Notes under the pieces: generated by a model
The model's input: the letters and a program-made list of their open reading frames with translations, nothing else
The model's database searches: none
What the model was told of the DNA's origin: nothing
Source of the DNA: Chthonomonadales bacterium
Lineage (GTDB): Bacteria > Armatimonadota > Chthonomonadetes > Chthonomonadales > CAJBBX01
Direction of reading: 5' to 3'
DNA length: 64,000 bases
Assembly: GCA_037443035.1 (NCBI GenBank)
Contig: JBBIPC010000001.1
Span: 192,001 to 256,000 of the forward strand
Made by a program: the position numbers and the translations under genes
Shown here: in pieces, positions 10,068 to 19,686 of the stretch
Numbering within the stretch: position 1 is the first letter of the stretch
Layout of the letters: each line of letters opens with the position of its first letter

Positions 10068-10313
10068 ATGTCCATCGCGGACTTGGAGGTCGGTCAGACT
10101 GCAGTCGTGGATTCGCTCGAACGTACCGGGAGTACGACACGCCGCAGGCTTCTGGCGCTTGGTCTGGTACCCGGCGAACGCGTAGTGCTCGAGCAGCGTT
10201 TTCCTGCATACGTCGTGCGCGTGGGGTGGACCCAGGTAGCTCTCGACCACGACACCGCAACCATGATCACGGTCCGCCCTGAGCCTGCAGCGCCGTCGTC
10301 TGCTCTCGATTAG
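10068..10313 (+). CDS. feoA: ferrous iron transport protein A
   Basis: IADLEVGQTAVV, RRLLALGLVPG, QVAL: FeoA SH3-like pattern. Confidence 0.9.
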   Translation: MSIADLEVGQTAVVDSLERTGSTTRRRLLALGLVPGERVVLEQRFPAYVVRVGWTQVALDHDTATMITVRPEPAAPSSALD

Positions 10314-10314
10314 C

Positions 10315-11109
10315 ATGTGTGCATGTCCGGCCGGGCGGCCGTCGAGCTTCGTTTCCATCGCGCCATACTACGACATCTTGATGCGGGACATCCCGTACGC
10401 CTCCTGGAAGCGGTACGTGTACGAGCTCGTAGCTGCCGAAGGAAAGCGCGAGATACTCGCGCCGAATGCTCGGATCCTCGACTTAGCGTGCGGTACCGGC
10501 ACGTTGGCGCTTATGGTTGCCGCAGACGGCTACAATGTCACGGGTGTGGACATAAGCGCGGAGATGATAGAGGAAGCACGGCGGAAGTTGTCGGCGACCG
10601 AACTGCCGGCTGAGTTCGTCGTACAGGATGCTGCAAGCCTGGACGTAGGAGAGCAGGTGTATGCCCTTTGCTTCAGCCTCTTCGACAGTCTCAATTACGT
10701 GACGGATCCGGAGGACCTCCAGGAGGCTTTCCGTCGTGTGCACAAGGCGCTGGTCGGCAACGGGCTGTTCGTTTTCGACCTCAATACACCTTTCGCGTTA
10801 CGTGCGCGCATGTTCGACCAACATGAGCTGGGGAAAGACGCACCTATCCGCTACGTGTGGACTAGCAGCTTCGACGAAGCTACCTCCCTGTGCACAGTAA
10901 GGATGGACTTCTGGGTGGACCGCGCAGACGGGGAGGTAGAGCATATCAGTGAAACGCATGTGCAGCGTGCCTATGAGGACGAGGACATAACCTCCATGTT
11001 GGCTGAAGCTGGTTTCGCGCGGATCAGTGCGTATCACGCCTACACCTTCGCCAAGCCAACGCCGAGGACGGATCGAGTGTTCTACGCTGCTCACCCGGAG
11101 GCGTCATGA
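10315..11109 (+). CDS. class I SAM-dependent methyltransferase
   Basis: ILDLACGTG, GVDISAEM, DSLNY, GLFVFDLNT. Confidence 0.9.
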   Translation: MCACPAGRPSSFVSIAPYYDILMRDIPYASWKRYVYELVAAEGKREILAPNARILDLACGTGTLALMVAADGYNVTGVDISAEMIEEARRKLSATELPAEFVVQDAASLDVGEQVYALCFSLFDSLNYVTDPEDLQEAFRRVHKALVGNGLFVFDLNTPFALRARMFDQHELGKDAPIRYVWTSSFDEATSLCTVRMDFWVDRADGEVEHISETHVQRAYEDEDITSMLAEAGFARISAYHAYTFAKPTPRTDRVFYAAHPEAS

Positions 11110-11789
11110 TCATCGCCATAGACGGTCCCGCTGGCGCGGGCAAGACTACGGTCGCCCGATCGTTGGCCCGTTCTCTCCGCTTGACGCACATTGACACCGG
11201 CGCCATGTACAGGGCCATCGCGCTTTACGCCCTTCGTAATGGGGTCGGACCTGAAGATGAACCCGCACTCGCAACTTTGGCACGTCAGGCCCAGATCTCC
11301 TTTCAGCCAGGAGATCGTGCGCCGAGTTCGGCCAGTGAGACCGGCCAGCGGGTACTTCTCGATGGAGAGGACGTCACACTGGCAATCCGGGAGCCTGCAG
11401 TAACCCGGCTGGCGTCTCCGATCTCAGCGATATCGTCCGTGCGTCGTGCACTCGTCATGCAGCAAAGGGCGATGGCCAGTGCAGGCGATGTGGTGATGGA
11501 GGGGCGCGATATCGGTACCGTGGTGTTGCCCCATGCGGATGTCAAAGTGTTCCTGACAGCGTCTCCCGAGGTGCGCGCCCAGCGCCGACTGCTGGAGTTG
11601 AGAGCCCGTGGCGTCACGACGGACTTCCCCACAGTACTTCGGGAGATACAGGAGCGCGACGCCCGGGACAGCACGCGGGCGGATTCGCCCATGGTTCCGG
11701 CGCCTGACGCCGTCGTGTTGGACACAGACAACCTGACGGTAGAACAGGTAACCGCACGCATTGCCGAGCTCGCAGGACTCGGGCCATGA
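11106..11789 (+). CDS. cmk: cytidylate kinase
   Basis: IAIDGPAGAGKT, IDTGAMYR, MEGRDIGTVV. Confidence 0.97.
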   Translation: MIIAIDGPAGAGKTTVARSLARSLRLTHIDTGAMYRAIALYALRNGVGPEDEPALATLARQAQISFQPGDRAPSSASETGQRVLLDGEDVTLAIREPAVTRLASPISAISSVRRALVMQQRAMASAGDVVMEGRDIGTVVLPHADVKVFLTASPEVRAQRRLLELRARGVTTDFPTVLREIQERDARDSTRADSPMVPAPDAVVLDTDNLTVEQVTARIAELAGLGP

Positions 11790-12427
11790 CTTTACTCTAC
11801 CGCGTGGCGCGCTCTGCCGCCTGGATGGCGTTCAAGGCTCTCGGACGAACACGCATCATAGGACACGAGCATATTCCGGACGATGGAGGGGTGATCGTCG
11901 CATGTAACCACGTGTCCTATCTCGATCCGCCTCTGGTCGGCAGCAGCATCCATCGGGAGTGCGCGTTCATGGCGCGACATGATCTCTGGAAGTCGAAGCT
12001 GCTGGGCAAGCTCATCTCACGCCTCAACGCCTTTCCTGTACACCGCGATACAGCCGACCGCAAGGCCCTTCGCACTGCGGTCGAATCGCTCGAAAAAGGC
12101 TTAGTACTCGTCTTGTTTCCGGAAGGCACGCGGAGCAAGGATGGACGGCTACAGGAAGCTCAAGCTGGTGTCGCACTCATCATACAGCTCTCGCAAGCGC
12201 CAGTAGTCCCCTGCATCGTCGTGGGACCGGAAGTCATGCTGCCGGTGCATGCCAAAGTGCCTCGCCCGACGCAGCTTACCGTGGTCTTCGGCAATCCGAT
12301 ATTCTTCACGCCGGACTCGTCACGCGATGAGGTCCTGCGAACCGTCATGGGATCCATCGCAGGATTGCTTACCAGGTACCGGCCCAATCTGCCGGCGGGG
12401 GATCTCTACCAACCCATCGCCCCTTGA
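11786..12427 (+). CDS. plsC: 1-acyl-sn-glycerol-3-phosphate acyltransferase
   Basis: NHVSYLD and FPEGTRS motifs; follows cmk. Confidence 0.93.
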   Translation: MTLLYRVARSAAWMAFKALGRTRIIGHEHIPDDGGVIVACNHVSYLDPPLVGSSIHRECAFMARHDLWKSKLLGKLISRLNAFPVHRDTADRKALRTAVESLEKGLVLVLFPEGTRSKDGRLQEAQAGVALIIQLSQAPVVPCIVVGPEVMLPVHAKVPRPTQLTVVFGNPIFFTPDSSRDEVLRTVMGSIAGLLTRYRPNLPAGDLYQPIAP

Positions 12428-12468
12428 TGAGCCTAGCTGGACGAGGGCGTCAGCTCGAGCGCCGGCAG

Positions 12469-13431
12469 TCATGTGTTCGACAGGAACGCCTCCACCTCGG
12501 CCCTGTAGGGTAGGGATGGCTGAGCGCCGCGCCTCGTGACGGACAGCGCCGCCGCTGCGGACGCAAAGCGCAGAGCACTCTGCAGTGCTCGCGAGTCCAG
12601 ATCCTCCAAGCTCGAACCGCATTGTTCGGCGATGGCACAGGCCAGCGCGGCAGTGAAGCAGTCACCAGCCGCCGTAGCATCTACCGCGCGCACGTTGAAC
12701 GGAGCGACGGAGATCAGAGTCGGCTCGGCGGCCTGCGACATACCAGCAAGCGCGCCCCTCGCGCCGAGCGTTAGCACGACGAGCTTCACGCCTGCGTTCA
12801 CCAGCGATCGTAGAATGGCCTCTTCGTCGTTCGGCTCCACCGCACCCAGTACAGCGCGCGCTTCTGTTTCGTTTGGCGTCAGTACGCTTGCCAGACGGAG
12901 AAGCTCCATCGGCAATACCGTCGCAGGCGCGGGGTTGAGCATGACGATCCTGTCTCTTGCCCGCGCACTCTTCGCAGCATGCAGCACTGTGGGTAGCGGG
13001 ATCTCGCACTGGAGCAACACGATATCCGCCTGTGCGATGGCGGGTTCCGCTTCATCGATTAGGTCGGGAGTTACACGCATGTTCGCGCCCGGTGCGACTA
13101 CGATGGCATTCTGACCTGCATTGTCCACCGCGATCAACGCGACGCCGGATGGAATCTCCGGCACTTCCCTGCAATGGGTGACGTCGATGCCCTGAGCCTT
13201 TAGACCGTCCAGCGAATTGCGCCCGAAGGAGTCCTGACCGACACAGCCGACGAAAGTAACCTCCGCCCCGAGGCGGGCGGCGGCAACCGCCTGATTGGCG
13301 CCCTTACCGCCAGGCACGATGGCCAAATCGCCACCCAGCACGGTCTCCCCGGCCGCAGGAATGCGAGGCACGTGAACTACCATATCTGTGTTGCTGCTAC
13401 CGATGACGACAATGCGCGCTCGCCGACGCAT
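12469..13431 (-). CDS. rbsK: ribokinase
   Basis: GSSNTD, GGKGANQAVAAARLG, NPAP, TPNETE, DATAAGDCF. Confidence 0.93.
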   Translation of the reverse strand: MRRRARIVVIGSSNTDMVVHVPRIPAAGETVLGGDLAIVPGGKGANQAVAAARLGAEVTFVGCVGQDSFGRNSLDGLKAQGIDVTHCREVPEIPSGVALIAVDNAGQNAIVVAPGANMRVTPDLIDEAEPAIAQADIVLLQCEIPLPTVLHAAKSARARDRIVMLNPAPATVLPMELLRLASVLTPNETEARAVLGAVEPNDEEAILRSLVNAGVKLVVLTLGARGALAGMSQAAEPTLISVAPFNVRAVDATAAGDCFTAALACAIAEQCGSSLEDLDSRALQSALRFASAAAALSVTRRGAQPSLPYRAEVEAFLSNT

Positions 13432-13440
13432 ATGTACCTC

Positions 13441-15420
13441 CTATTGCCAGAACTGGTACGTAGGAACCCCCATGGCGATACCGTAGATGTTCCAGAGGCT
13501 TCCGACGACGAACTGGCCCAAAATGAGCCCGAGAAAGAACGGAACGCTGCGCTGAAACCCGGTGCGGCCGCCGTACCGGAGAATGGCGACTTTCAGGACC
13601 CAGGCTATGAAGAGAGGCATCCATACGAGGTTGATTTCCCAGCTAGCCGTCACCGCATATCCCAGCGGATGGAATGGCCACCATGTAAAGCGAACTCGCA
13701 TGAACTGCAGGATGAGCGCCGTGAACAGACCCACGAAGATAGCCAGCGCTGCCGGTATGCTCTCACGTTCTGGCGTCTTGAGCCACGTCTCCAACCGGCT
13801 ATAGGACTCACCGCCGAAGCTGATCGTGGACTTCGCCCTTGCCCCGTAATCGTACATGAGATGCAACATGGCCCAGAAGGCCACCACGGCGGCGACAGCC
13901 CCGAGTATGGCTAGTCCCCAGAACCACCGCCTGTAGTCGGCGCGCGACTGCTCCGCTAGTTTGAACGACTCCAGTTGATGGGGCATGGGATGGGACCTGT
14001 AGGCACGGTTGAACCACCAGAAAAGGGCGAAGATCGTCAACTGACCTGGTGTGAAGGAGCGGGCCCCGAAGACTTCGGTGAGTATGGAGTCGGGGCCGGT
14101 GAAGTGCAGATCGTGCACAGGGGTGCCCATCTCGGCTCTCATGCGTGTGATGGCAACGGCAAGAGCGAAGTAGATGGCAAAGACCGCGATAGGTAGCCAT
14201 GGCCCCATGCCCATGGCACTGGTCATCCACACAAGTACAGCCATGCCTGCGAGGATACCGAGGAGCGCGAAGCGATAGGAAATGGGCTCCATGCGATCGT
14301 CGAGGGTCGACGATCGGCCCAGTGCCCGACGAAGGACCTGCGATAGGTAACCACGACTAAGCCAGATGGATGTCAGACAGAACGCCATATAGGCACCAAA
14401 GGCCTGGTTGTGGGTGTAGGGAAAACGCGGATCCTGATCCCAGGCCATGGCTGAGGCGAGAACAAGTTGTCCCTTCCAAAACAAGTAGAAGAACCACGCC
14501 GAGAAGAGGAAGTCCAGCGGCATCAGGATGCCCAACCCAATCATGAATGGATAGAAGGATATGGGTGTCCAGCCGATGGCATTCCAAGGCTTCTGCGTGA
14601 CCCATTGGGCGAGATCGAAGAAGCTCTGGCCGCGGCCAGGCGTGAAGATTGTGGGGATGCCGGGGTAATAGACATTCAGGCTGTTCACGGTATCGATAAG
14701 CGCGGCAACCGCGAACCCAGCCCAGAGGAGACGGTTCCTGAAGATGCCCGTGCGTGGAGCGAAGGACTGATCACTGGATACCTGCAAGGGAAGCTGGATG
14801 ATGGGATAGGTGAGGCGTTCGTTCTCAGTCCACTGCTTCCTGAGAATAACGTTCAGGCACTGCATGACGAAGAGGAGAGACGCCACGAACGCAGTCCAGA
14901 AGAGCACAACTGGGGCCCATGCGTGGATGTACTCCCACCGATAGAGAGTGTCGTTGCCGAGGTAGTACCCCTTGATGACCTTCTCATTGCCCATCATGGC
15001 GAACGAGGGAAGGAGCTTGTCGATGAAGAGGTTGTGCCAGTTGTTTCCGGCGTCTGCGAAATAGTAGGGCCAGGAGAGAGTCGGCACAAGGACCTGGAAC
15101 ATGTCATGGCCCGCCAGACACGAGCCGATCGCCAGCACCGAGTAGACGAAAAGCAGCTCGGCCCGGGTGAGGGCAAAGCGTGGAATACGCCGTACCAACG
15201 CACGGTTGACGAGAGTCAGAGCGAGCAGGATGAAGATAAGGTTGAAGAATAGCGAGATGGTTGTGGGGTGCGCGGAGTAACGGACGACCTCCATCTGCAC
15301 TAGCCAGTAGGCATTGATTGGCAACAGGATCAGGCTGACAAGAACGGACCTCACCGTAACCGCTTGGATGCGACTCGGCACCTGCTCGGCCTTGGCCAGC
15401 GGAGATGCCGGCGGAGTCAC
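13441..15420 (-). CDS. large polytopic membrane protein, DUF6785/DUF6784-like (OPT-like putative transporter)
   Basis: 659 aa with many TM segments; LRKQWTENERLTYP, RMRAEMG, WWPFHPLGY, FFLGLILG; family assignment from memory. Confidence 0.7.
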   Translation of the reverse strand: MTPPASPLAKAEQVPSRIQAVTVRSVLVSLILLPINAYWLVQMEVVRYSAHPTTISLFFNLIFILLALTLVNRALVRRIPRFALTRAELLFVYSVLAIGSCLAGHDMFQVLVPTLSWPYYFADAGNNWHNLFIDKLLPSFAMMGNEKVIKGYYLGNDTLYRWEYIHAWAPVVLFWTAFVASLLFVMQCLNVILRKQWTENERLTYPIIQLPLQVSSDQSFAPRTGIFRNRLLWAGFAVAALIDTVNSLNVYYPGIPTIFTPGRGQSFFDLAQWVTQKPWNAIGWTPISFYPFMIGLGILMPLDFLFSAWFFYLFWKGQLVLASAMAWDQDPRFPYTHNQAFGAYMAFCLTSIWLSRGYLSQVLRRALGRSSTLDDRMEPISYRFALLGILAGMAVLVWMTSAMGMGPWLPIAVFAIYFALAVAITRMRAEMGTPVHDLHFTGPDSILTEVFGARSFTPGQLTIFALFWWFNRAYRSHPMPHQLESFKLAEQSRADYRRWFWGLAILGAVAAVVAFWAMLHLMYDYGARAKSTISFGGESYSRLETWLKTPERESIPAALAIFVGLFTALILQFMRVRFTWWPFHPLGYAVTASWEINLVWMPLFIAWVLKVAILRYGGRTGFQRSVPFFLGLILGQFVVGSLWNIYGIAMGVPTYQFWQ

Positions 15421-16301
15421 TGCTCCCGCTCCACAATGAACCGTGCAATGGAGCGGAGAGGTTCTGCCAGCACGCCGAGAGATTCTATCGCAGCAACCGC
15501 GTTCTCGACCTCCTCCTTGGCCATGGCGATGCTCTGATCGAGTCCATACAGTTTCGGATAGGTTGCCTTGTCCTGACGCAAGTCAGAGCCCACCGGCTTG
15601 CCGATCTTCGACACATCACCCACCACGTCTAGAATATCATCCGTTATCTGGAAGGCCAGGCCTATGTGATGCCCATACTCTTGCAGGCAGAGCAGCTGTG
15701 ACTCGGACGCGTTGCTCAGCATGGCACCGAGGCATGCCGACGCGGTAAGGAGAGCCCCCGTCTTGCGTGCGTGGATGAAGCGAAGCGTATCGGCGTCTAC
15801 TTCGGTGCCCTCTGATTGCATGTCCGCTACTTGGCCACCAACCATGCCCCACGTGCCAGATGCTCTTGCCACCATGCGCGTGGCCTGGATAACCCGCTGC
15901 GGGGAGACACTCTCCGAATGCATGGAGAGCAGCTCGAATGCCAACGCCAAGAGGGCATCACCAGCCAGTAGTGCCATTGCCTCGCCGAACACCACGTGAT
16001 TCGTGGGGCGGCCGCGTCGCAGATCGTCGTTGTCCATGCAAGGAAGGTCATCGTGGATGAGGGAGAATGCATGAATGCACTCGATGGCGCACGCAGCGGG
16101 AAGTACGCTTTCTATGTCTCCGCCAACCGCCTCTGCCGATGCGAGCACCAAGATAGGGCGGAGTCGTTTGCCCGGGGCCAAGACGCTGTACCGCATTGCC
16201 TCGTGGAGCTTGGCCGGCGGTTGGTCGGGACGGGGTAGGTACTTGTCGAGAGCTGCTTCTACACATGCTCGACGCTGATCCATGTAGGCCTCGAAGTGCA
16301 T
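15417..16301 (-). CDS. ispA: polyprenyl (geranyl/farnesyl) diphosphate synthase
   Basis: GKRLRP, SLIHDDLPCMDNDDLRRG, FQITDDILD; GGAGG SD. Confidence 0.95.
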   Translation of the reverse strand: MHFEAYMDQRRACVEAALDKYLPRPDQPPAKLHEAMRYSVLAPGKRLRPILVLASAEAVGGDIESVLPAACAIECIHAFSLIHDDLPCMDNDDLRRGRPTNHVVFGEAMALLAGDALLALAFELLSMHSESVSPQRVIQATRMVARASGTWGMVGGQVADMQSEGTEVDADTLRFIHARKTGALLTASACLGAMLSNASESQLLCLQEYGHHIGLAFQITDDILDVVGDVSKIGKPVGSDLRQDKATYPKLYGLDQSIAMAKEEVENAVAAIESLGVLAEPLRSIARFIVEREQ

Positions 16302-16527
16302 AGAACCTCCCTGGTTGGCAAACGGGACTATCGTTATTGTAGCCCGGAGTAGCGGCTGTCGTCATCAGCCGCGACGTATCGGGGTTATCGAGTCGATCGT
16401 GCGGCCGTGCCGCATTGCCCGCGAGAAGGCGTTGGTGCGGTAAACTGGAACGGCCTGGCTGATGAGCAGGCTTGCCGTAATCGTTCTAGGGTGGGCAGGC
16501 GATTCGGCTGTCGGCATCGCTCTGGAC

Positions 16528-16557
16528 TTGAAAGGTCCGAGGAATAAGGGGTAGAAT
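16528..16557 (+). promoter_or_regulatory. sigma70-type promoter of tRNA-Ala
   Basis: TTGAAA-18 nt-TAGAAT, 14 nt upstream of the tRNA. Confidence 0.65.
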
Positions 16558-16571
16558 GAGAACTGTCTCGT

Positions 16572-16645
<74 letters not shown>

Positions 16646-16701
16646 ATCACTTCACTTACCGCATACTACCGCACGGTGTTCGTGCTGCCTCATGTCTGGC
16701 A

Positions 16702-17388
16702 TTGCTACTCGGGAGCGCGAGCTGCCCGTCAGCCCAGCAACTATCGAATCGTCCGGCGGCACTTGTACTTGTGCAGCCCGCCAATGATGTGACGATGCTT
16801 GTCGTTACGTTCTCGGATCGGCAACCGCATGCGCGGGCCCAGCAGGTTGTCCGCGATATCGCCCGACGCTGCGGGGCGAAGGTCGCAGCATTGTCCGTTC
16901 ACGAGGCATCTCTGGACGGTAATCCGCGCAGCGCACATGCGAAAGAGGTCCAGACGGCAGCGGAGGCTACGCTTGCGGGTGCGTCACTGGTGCTCGATGA
17001 TGCCTTCTTGCTTCAGCCCATCGTCGAAGCGCTGAAGGATACAGGACGGTTCGATGTACTGTTCATGTCCGCTCCGCCGCGCGAGTTCAAGGGGCTGCGT
17101 GCGTTCCAGGGCGACGGTGTTAGCATCCGCCTGACCCAAGAGGGTCCGCCGTTCCGTTACAGTGTGACGGTCGCAGACCGTACCGTCGCCATCCCGACAT
17201 TACCGTTGCGCGAGTTTCCGACACAAGCGGTGCAGATCAATCAGGCCCATACGACGCCACAGCAACCGTGGGGCGCCGTTGTAGTTATCTCGATAGCTGC
17301 AGGAGTCGGCGTGGTGGTATTCGTAGTTATGCGGAGGCGGGCCGCGATCCGTGCATCCGGATCGGCGGCTCACATGGGTTCGCGTTGA
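16702..17388 (+). CDS. hypothetical protein with C-terminal TM anchor (start uncertain)
   Basis: Long open frame; C-terminal GAVVVISIAAGVGVVVFVVM followed by RRR. Confidence 0.55.
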   Translation: MLLGSASCPSAQQLSNRPAALVLVQPANDVTMLVVTFSDRQPHARAQQVVRDIARRCGAKVAALSVHEASLDGNPRSAHAKEVQTAAEATLAGASLVLDDAFLLQPIVEALKDTGRFDVLFMSAPPREFKGLRAFQGDGVSIRLTQEGPPFRYSVTVADRTVAIPTLPLREFPTQAVQINQAHTTPQQPWGAVVVISIAAGVGVVVFVVMRRRAAIRASGSAAHMGSR

Positions 17389-17430
17389 GGACCAGGGCTT
17401 TCCTGAGAAGGGTTACGAAAGGGTACGGCT

Positions 17431-18498
17431 TTGATCACGCTTGATGAGCTACTGCACTACGCCGAGGAGCGGGAGGCATCGGACCTCTTCATCCGCGCCA
17501 ACGCGCGCCCCGCACTTCGGGTCCATGGAAGGATCGTGGATACGGACTTCCCGGTGCTCTCTCCTGACGAGACGCGAGCGCTGGCCTACAGCAAGATGAC
17601 CGGTCGTCAGATAGAAGAGTTCGACCGTCACCATGAGATGGACCTAGCGTTCGACTTGGGTGAGACCTCCAGAATTCGGTGCAGCGTGTACAAGCAGAGA
17701 GGTACTGTGGCTCTGGCGAATCGCCTGATCCCGATGCGCATACGGAGCCTCGAGGAACTCGGTATGCCGCCGACGTTGGCCGAGTTCACGAAGAGCCGCA
17801 ACGGTCTTGTGCTCGTGACAGGTCCTACGGGATCCGGCAAGTCCACCACGCTGGCGGCCATGATAGATCTCATCAACAGCAGCCGCCGGGTGAACATTGT
17901 CTCCATCGAGGATCCCATCGAGTACGTGCACAAGGACAAGATGGCCATCATCAGCCAACGCGAGGTAGGTATAGACACCGACTCCTTCCAGGAGGCTCTG
18001 AAGCGCGTCTTGCGCCAGGCTCCGGACGTGATCCTCATCGGCGAAATGCGGGACATCGAGACGATGAACGTTGCCCTGCAAGCGGCGGAAACCGGACATC
18101 TCGTATTTGCAACGGTCCACACGGCTAGCGCAGCAGAGACCCTCGACCGTCTCTCCAACATGTTCGCTCCCCACGAGCGCCCCATGCTCTGGCTGCGTCT
18201 GTCAATCTCGCTGCGCGGTGTCGTGTCGCAGAAGCTATTGCCAAGGGCAGACGGTACGGGTCGGGTAGCCGCTGTGGAGGTCATGGTGGTGACCCCGACG
18301 ATTGTCAAGATGTTGGAGGAAGGGAAGAGCGAAGACATCTACGCGCAGATACGGCAGGCGGGTCAGGAGACCTACTGGGGCATGCAGACCATGAATCAGT
18401 GCCTTCTGCGATTCGTGAAGGCCGGCGTCATTACGGCCGAGGAGGCACTGGCCGCGGCAGGTAACTACACAGAAATGCGGCAGATGCTCCGCCGGTAG
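17431..18498 (+). CDS. pilT: PilT/PilU family type IV pilus retraction ATPase 1
   Basis: GPTGSGKST, EDPIEY, LRQAPDVILIGEMRD, TVHT, GMQTM. Confidence 0.92.
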   Translation: MITLDELLHYAEEREASDLFIRANARPALRVHGRIVDTDFPVLSPDETRALAYSKMTGRQIEEFDRHHEMDLAFDLGETSRIRCSVYKQRGTVALANRLIPMRIRSLEELGMPPTLAEFTKSRNGLVLVTGPTGSGKSTTLAAMIDLINSSRRVNIVSIEDPIEYVHKDKMAIISQREVGIDTDSFQEALKRVLRQAPDVILIGEMRDIETMNVALQAAETGHLVFATVHTASAAETLDRLSNMFAPHERPMLWLRLSISLRGVVSQKLLPRADGTGRVAAVEVMVVTPTIVKMLEEGKSEDIYAQIRQAGQETYWGMQTMNQCLLRFVKAGVITAEEALAAAGNYTEMRQMLRR

Positions 18499-18580
18499 GG
18501 TACCTGAGCGTGCCAACGGACAAGACCCCCCACATGCTCGGAGCTGGCACCTCAGCGCATAAGGTTGCGTAAGCGGAACC

Positions 18581-19681
18581 ATGATCCATATTGACGATCT
18601 GTTGCGCATGCTGGTGGAGAGCGAGGCCTCGGACCTTCATCTGAGGGTGGGTGAACCCCCCGTGATGCGTATCCACGGCCTTTTGAAACGGGTGCCCAAT
18701 ATGCCTCGACTGACGGACCGGGACATGTACGACATGATCTACGTGCTCCTCAACGAGGACAGGCGGTCGCGATTCGAGCAGAACATGGAATTGGACATGT
18801 CCTACGCGGTGCCAGGGCTGGCGCGCTTCCGCGTGAATCTCTTCCGGCAACAGGGCCACATCGGTGCGGTCATGAGGGTCATTCCGTATGTCATCCGAAC
18901 CATTGACGAGTTGATGATCCCTCCCATCGTGAAGGATCTCTGCATGCTGCCGCGCGGGCTCGTACTGGTGACGGGACCCACCGGATCGGGCAAGTCCACA
19001 ACTCTGGCAGCCATGATCCACCATATCAATGAGCGGAAGCCGAAGGCCATCATAACCATCGAGGACCCGATCGAGTACCTCCACACGGACAAGATGGCCT
19101 CGATCAACCAGCGGGAGATCGGCGTCGATACACATAGCTTCGCGGCGGCGCTGAAACACGTCATGCGGCAGAACCCGGACATCATCCTCGTGGGCGAGAT
19201 GCGCGACCTGGAGACGATCCATCTGGCCATTACTGCCGCTGAGACGGGACACCTCGTTTTCGCAACCCTCCACACCACGGATGCGCCGCAGACCATTGAC
19301 CGTATCGTGGATGTGTTCGAACCGGAACGACAACAGCAGATCCGAACCCAGCTTGCTGTGACCCTACAGGCCGTCATCTCGCAGACTCTGCTGCCGCGAG
19401 CCGACATGCCGGGTCGCATTGCGGCGTTCGAGATCATGGTGTGTACTCCAGCGATCCGGACCCTGATTCGGGAGAACAAGACATACCAGATGTACACGGA
19501 CATCCAGACCGGAAGCCAGTATGGTATGCAGACCCTGGACACGCACCTGCTGCAGCACGTTCTCAATGGCTACGTCCTGTTCGAGGATGCCCAGGCTAAG
19601 TCATCCAATCCCTATGAGTTCGAGGCACGCTACAAGAAGGCATTGGAGCGTCGGAGCGCAGGCGAGACACAGGTAGCTTAG
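18581..19681 (+). CDS. pilT: PilT family ATPase 2
   Basis: GPTGSGKST, GEMRD, TLHT, AIRTLIRE. Confidence 0.93.
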   Translation: MIHIDDLLRMLVESEASDLHLRVGEPPVMRIHGLLKRVPNMPRLTDRDMYDMIYVLLNEDRRSRFEQNMELDMSYAVPGLARFRVNLFRQQGHIGAVMRVIPYVIRTIDELMIPPIVKDLCMLPRGLVLVTGPTGSGKSTTLAAMIHHINERKPKAIITIEDPIEYLHTDKMASINQREIGVDTHSFAAALKHVMRQNPDIILVGEMRDLETIHLAITAAETGHLVFATLHTTDAPQTIDRIVDVFEPERQQQIRTQLAVTLQAVISQTLLPRADMPGRIAAFEIMVCTPAIRTLIRENKTYQMYTDIQTGSQYGMQTLDTHLLQHVLNGYVLFEDAQAKSSNPYEFEARYKKALERRSAGETQVA

Positions 19682-19686
19682 GCACC

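Noticed and set aside
16450..16480. CTGATGAG resembling a hammerhead ribozyme core
   Set aside because: No GAAA after the putative stem II (CGTAA instead); the motif sits in a simple hairpin
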